Shown here: one piece after another, positions 61,488 to 64,000 of the stretch
Numbering within the stretch: the first letter of the stretch is position 1
Layout: each line of letters opens with the position of its first letter
Origin: Bdellovibrionota bacterium
GTDB lineage: Bacteria; Bdellovibrionota_C; UBA2361; CALJRW01
DNA length: 64,000 nucleotides
Direction: 5' to 3'
Assembly: GCA_041740355.1 (NCBI GenBank)
Contig: JBGSMD010000038.1
Span: 119,223 to 183,222, forward strand
Program-made: the position numbers and the translations under genes
The notes under the pieces: model-generated
Seen by the model: only the letters and a program-made list of their open reading frames with translations
The model's database searches: none
What the model was told of the DNA's origin: nothing

Positions 61488-63101
61488 CTACTTACTTGGA
61501 GCTTCTGCCGAAGTCGCTTCTGCTGTAACTTCTACCTCTTCCATTACCTCCGAAACCTCGAAGATTGATTTCAAGTATACTTTGTGTTGTCCATTACCCT
61601 CAATTTCGACTAAGTAGGGAACCTCTGGGGGATCTTTAATTCCCGCTTTCAATACTACTGCTACTCTTGCTGTATTCCAATCCTTATTTAATACTGCCCG
61701 AACTGCGACAGGTACAATCAATCGATACTTTTGTTGGTCATAATTTACAAAGATTCTTGCTTTAGCTATTCCTAAGAAAGAGCTGTCACCTTTAGATGGG
61801 TTTAGTGTTAATTGATCGACAGTAAGTTTTTCAATCCAAGGAGGAAGTTTTTTATTTAAAACAAGATCTTCCGGAGTTAGTGCTTGAGGTGGTGGGGGTG
61901 TAATCACTAGGGAGATGTTTTTCAGCTCGTTGCTATATCGTGTTAAAGTTCCCTCAACGATTACATCTTGATCCACACTTTTACCATAATATTTACTATT
62001 TAAGGAATTAGCCTTAGTTATTTCTGTCGTTGGATTAGCTTTGTTAGAGTTCACTGGTTCTACGGATTGAGCTGCCGATGTGGCTTGATTTGGCTCCTCT
62101 GGTTTAGGTAAGATTAGGAATGAGCCAACTAAAACAAAACTACATCCAATTAAAATTGGGATTAAGTATTGTAAGGTTTCTTTTTGAATTATAGGTTTTC
62201 TTGGACGAAAAACTTCGGTAGTATTTTGAGTTGACTTATGAATAATATTATCAAAACCAGTAGAGGCTAAACCTTCTGGGATTATAACTGGCCCATCTTT
62301 TAATTCTATTTCTTCATCTGTAATCTTAACAACGGAATCTTCTCTTTGTTTTTTAAGATTTTCTAAAAAAACTTGATCTTTCGGTTTAATATCAAAATTT
62401 AGTTTTAGGGCATTCGATTTTAAAGGTGCCTCAGGGGAGTTGATGATACTATCAGAAATTAATTTAGCGGAATTAACCTTAGCCAGATTAGGAGCCACTA
62501 CTTCATCCTCTGTGTCGAAGCTTAAACTAATATCTTGTTCATTGGCATTATTGGAAATTTGATCAAATTCTTCAGGCTGATCATCGTCCTCCTCCTCATC
62601 TTCTTGATCATCAAAGGAAAAGATAGCTAGATCTTCTTCTGTTTTTTTTGATTTAACAGGATCATTAGCAATAAGAGGGGGTGAATCCTCTAAATTCCCT
62701 GAATCAAAGTCAAATGAAACTTCTTCCGAACTGGCAACAATTTTAGTTTGTGGCGCAGAAATACCCTGAGCTACTTTTTCAACTTCTAAGGAGTCATGTT
62801 CTTCATCGCTTAAATCAAATTCAGCTGGATTGTCGTCATCGCTATCTTCTTCCTCGTCATTCTCATCAAAGATTTCTTCAATTATGACATGAGCCGAGGC
62901 TGATTTTAAAAATTCATAAATTGGAATTAAATCTTCTTTATTACTTGATTCAATCAAGGTGACCGGGGCACTTAAAAATATTGTTTCGATTTGTTCTTCG
63001 CTAAGACCAAAAGCAGAACTAAAAACTCCCCGCAGTGCATTCAAAGTACTTGACGAGGAATCTGCGACGCCCAGAAAATTTAACTGAAATATTTTATTCA
63101 C
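61488..63101 (-). CDS. Hypothetical bitopic membrane protein with long acidic linker
   Basis: 537 aa, with an Asp/Glu-rich disordered region, a single TM helix and a beta-rich C-terminal domain. Confidence 0.8.
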   Translation of the reverse strand: MNKIFQLNFLGVADSSSSTLNALRGVFSSAFGLSEEQIETIFLSAPVTLIESSNKEDLIPIYEFLKSASAHVIIEEIFDENDEEEDSDDDNPAEFDLSDEEHDSLEVEKVAQGISAPQTKIVASSEEVSFDFDSGNLEDSPPLIANDPVKSKKTEEDLAIFSFDDQEDEEEDDDQPEEFDQISNNANEQDISLSFDTEDEVVAPNLAKVNSAKLISDSIINSPEAPLKSNALKLNFDIKPKDQVFLENLKKQREDSVVKITDEEIELKDGPVIIPEGLASTGFDNIIHKSTQNTTEVFRPRKPIIQKETLQYLIPILIGCSFVLVGSFLILPKPEEPNQATSAAQSVEPVNSNKANPTTEITKANSLNSKYYGKSVDQDVIVEGTLTRYSNELKNISLVITPPPPQALTPEDLVLNKKLPPWIEKLTVDQLTLNPSKGDSSFLGIAKARIFVNYDQQKYRLIVPVAVRAVLNKDWNTARVAVVLKAGIKDPPEVPYLVEIEGNGQHKVYLKSIFEVSEVMEEVEVTAEATSAEAPSK

Positions 63102-63619
63102 AATAGCAACTTATTTAGAAAATGGACGATAAATTCAAAGCCTTTGTTTTTTATCAATATAGATAACTCCCTAAATAATTTTTTTACGAAATTATCAGTC
63201 GAATCTTTTATAATAAGGAGTGTCATATTAATTAATACAAATGATTATAATTTGATTTCAAGCTCGGGACAATCAGTTATCTTGTTTAATTGCTGAAACA
63301 ATTAAGGCAAGATTAGTACTGATAAAGCAGAAATCTTCCAATTAATGTAGTGTTTGTTTTAAAGCCAAGGAATTAATTGTCGACAAATTGCTATTAAAGT
63401 TTAGTAACTTTTGAATATTTTAGAGACTTGTTAACCTTTCTTTAGTTAGAAGTGTCTTTAGATCCTAGAAGATCAATAAAACCATAAAAAATAAATTTAG
63501 AGTTATCAATCCTAAAAACCTCTACAGATTTGGTAGTTTTTTAAAAAGTAAATTTTTATGTTGTTGATCTGTAATTTTGTGGGAGAGCTAAGCCTCTTGG
63601 CACGTTTACTTTGGATTAC

Positions 63620-63914
63620 AATGCAATCGCTCCAGGCTCGGCTGAATTTTCTAAATGCCATACAATCAGGACAGGATTTGGAGTTTTATCTGACAAGTCA
63701 ATTAAATATCAATCCGGAAGTTATAAAGAAGATTGAAGAAGATTTATCTAAATTATCTGAGCAACAAGTCCATTGTGTTAGTTATTTCCACTCGGAATAT
63801 CCGGAAAGACTCCGGCAAATTATTGATCCACCATTAATCCTATTCTATCTGGGAGAACTTATAGTAAGTCCAATAAATAAATTACGTAAGAAGTATGATT
63901 TTCTATATCTATAG
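63620..63914 (+). pseudogene. dprA: DNA-processing protein DprA, N-terminal fragment
   Basis: YPERLRQIIDPPLILFYLGEL is the DprA signature. Similarity is lost at about 63861 before the AIVGSR motif, with stops in all three frames. Confidence 0.75.
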
Positions 63915-64000
63915 TCTTGAAGATATGTCATAAGTGACATGTGTCCCGAAAGTTAGAAATCAATAAGGAAGTAGCGAGCCATAAGGAATTATTGGTATCG

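Noticed and set aside
1-64000. CRISPR array, rRNA or tRNA genes
   Set aside because: No regularly spaced direct repeats, cas genes, rRNA signatures or cloverleaf with T-loop found by eye.

Overview
This is an AT-rich bacterial chromosome segment with a Gram-negative envelope (LptE, OmpA-family protein). RpoB/RpoC look deltaproteobacteria/Bdellovibrionota-like, which is an inference only. It carries the core transcription/translation supercluster: rpoB(partial)-rpoC, rpsL-rpsG-fusA-tuf, the S10 and spc operons up to rplO, secY-adk, and rpmJ-rpsM-rpsK-rpoA-rplQ. rpsD, map and infA are absent. Accessory blocks split the cluster twice: rpoC to rpsL (about 11.7 kb, with glnA, a decaying stress islet and a Ser/Thr kinase) and rplO to secY (about 9.9 kb, with a T5orf172 pseudogene, SEC-C protein, AAA ATPase, metallophosphoesterases, leuCD and ygfA). 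The right end holds fabI, lptE, two orphan type IV pilins, ymdB, dcd, rpsT, a TrmB/solute-binding protein pair, OmpA, pyk and a truncated dprA. Four signals stand out. (1) The same three-helix leader with compensatory base changes lies upstream of both rpsL and rpsM, a candidate undescribed ribosomal-protein leader RNA. (2) A 101-bp palindrome-containing element occurs twice, upstream of glnA and of a pilin. (3) Conserved machinery carries atypical residues (EF-Tu switch I, S12 K88P, an L2 GEG deletion). (4) There are several MITE/REP-like elements. No rRNA, tRNA or CRISPR array was seen. All alignments were done by eye, without database searches.
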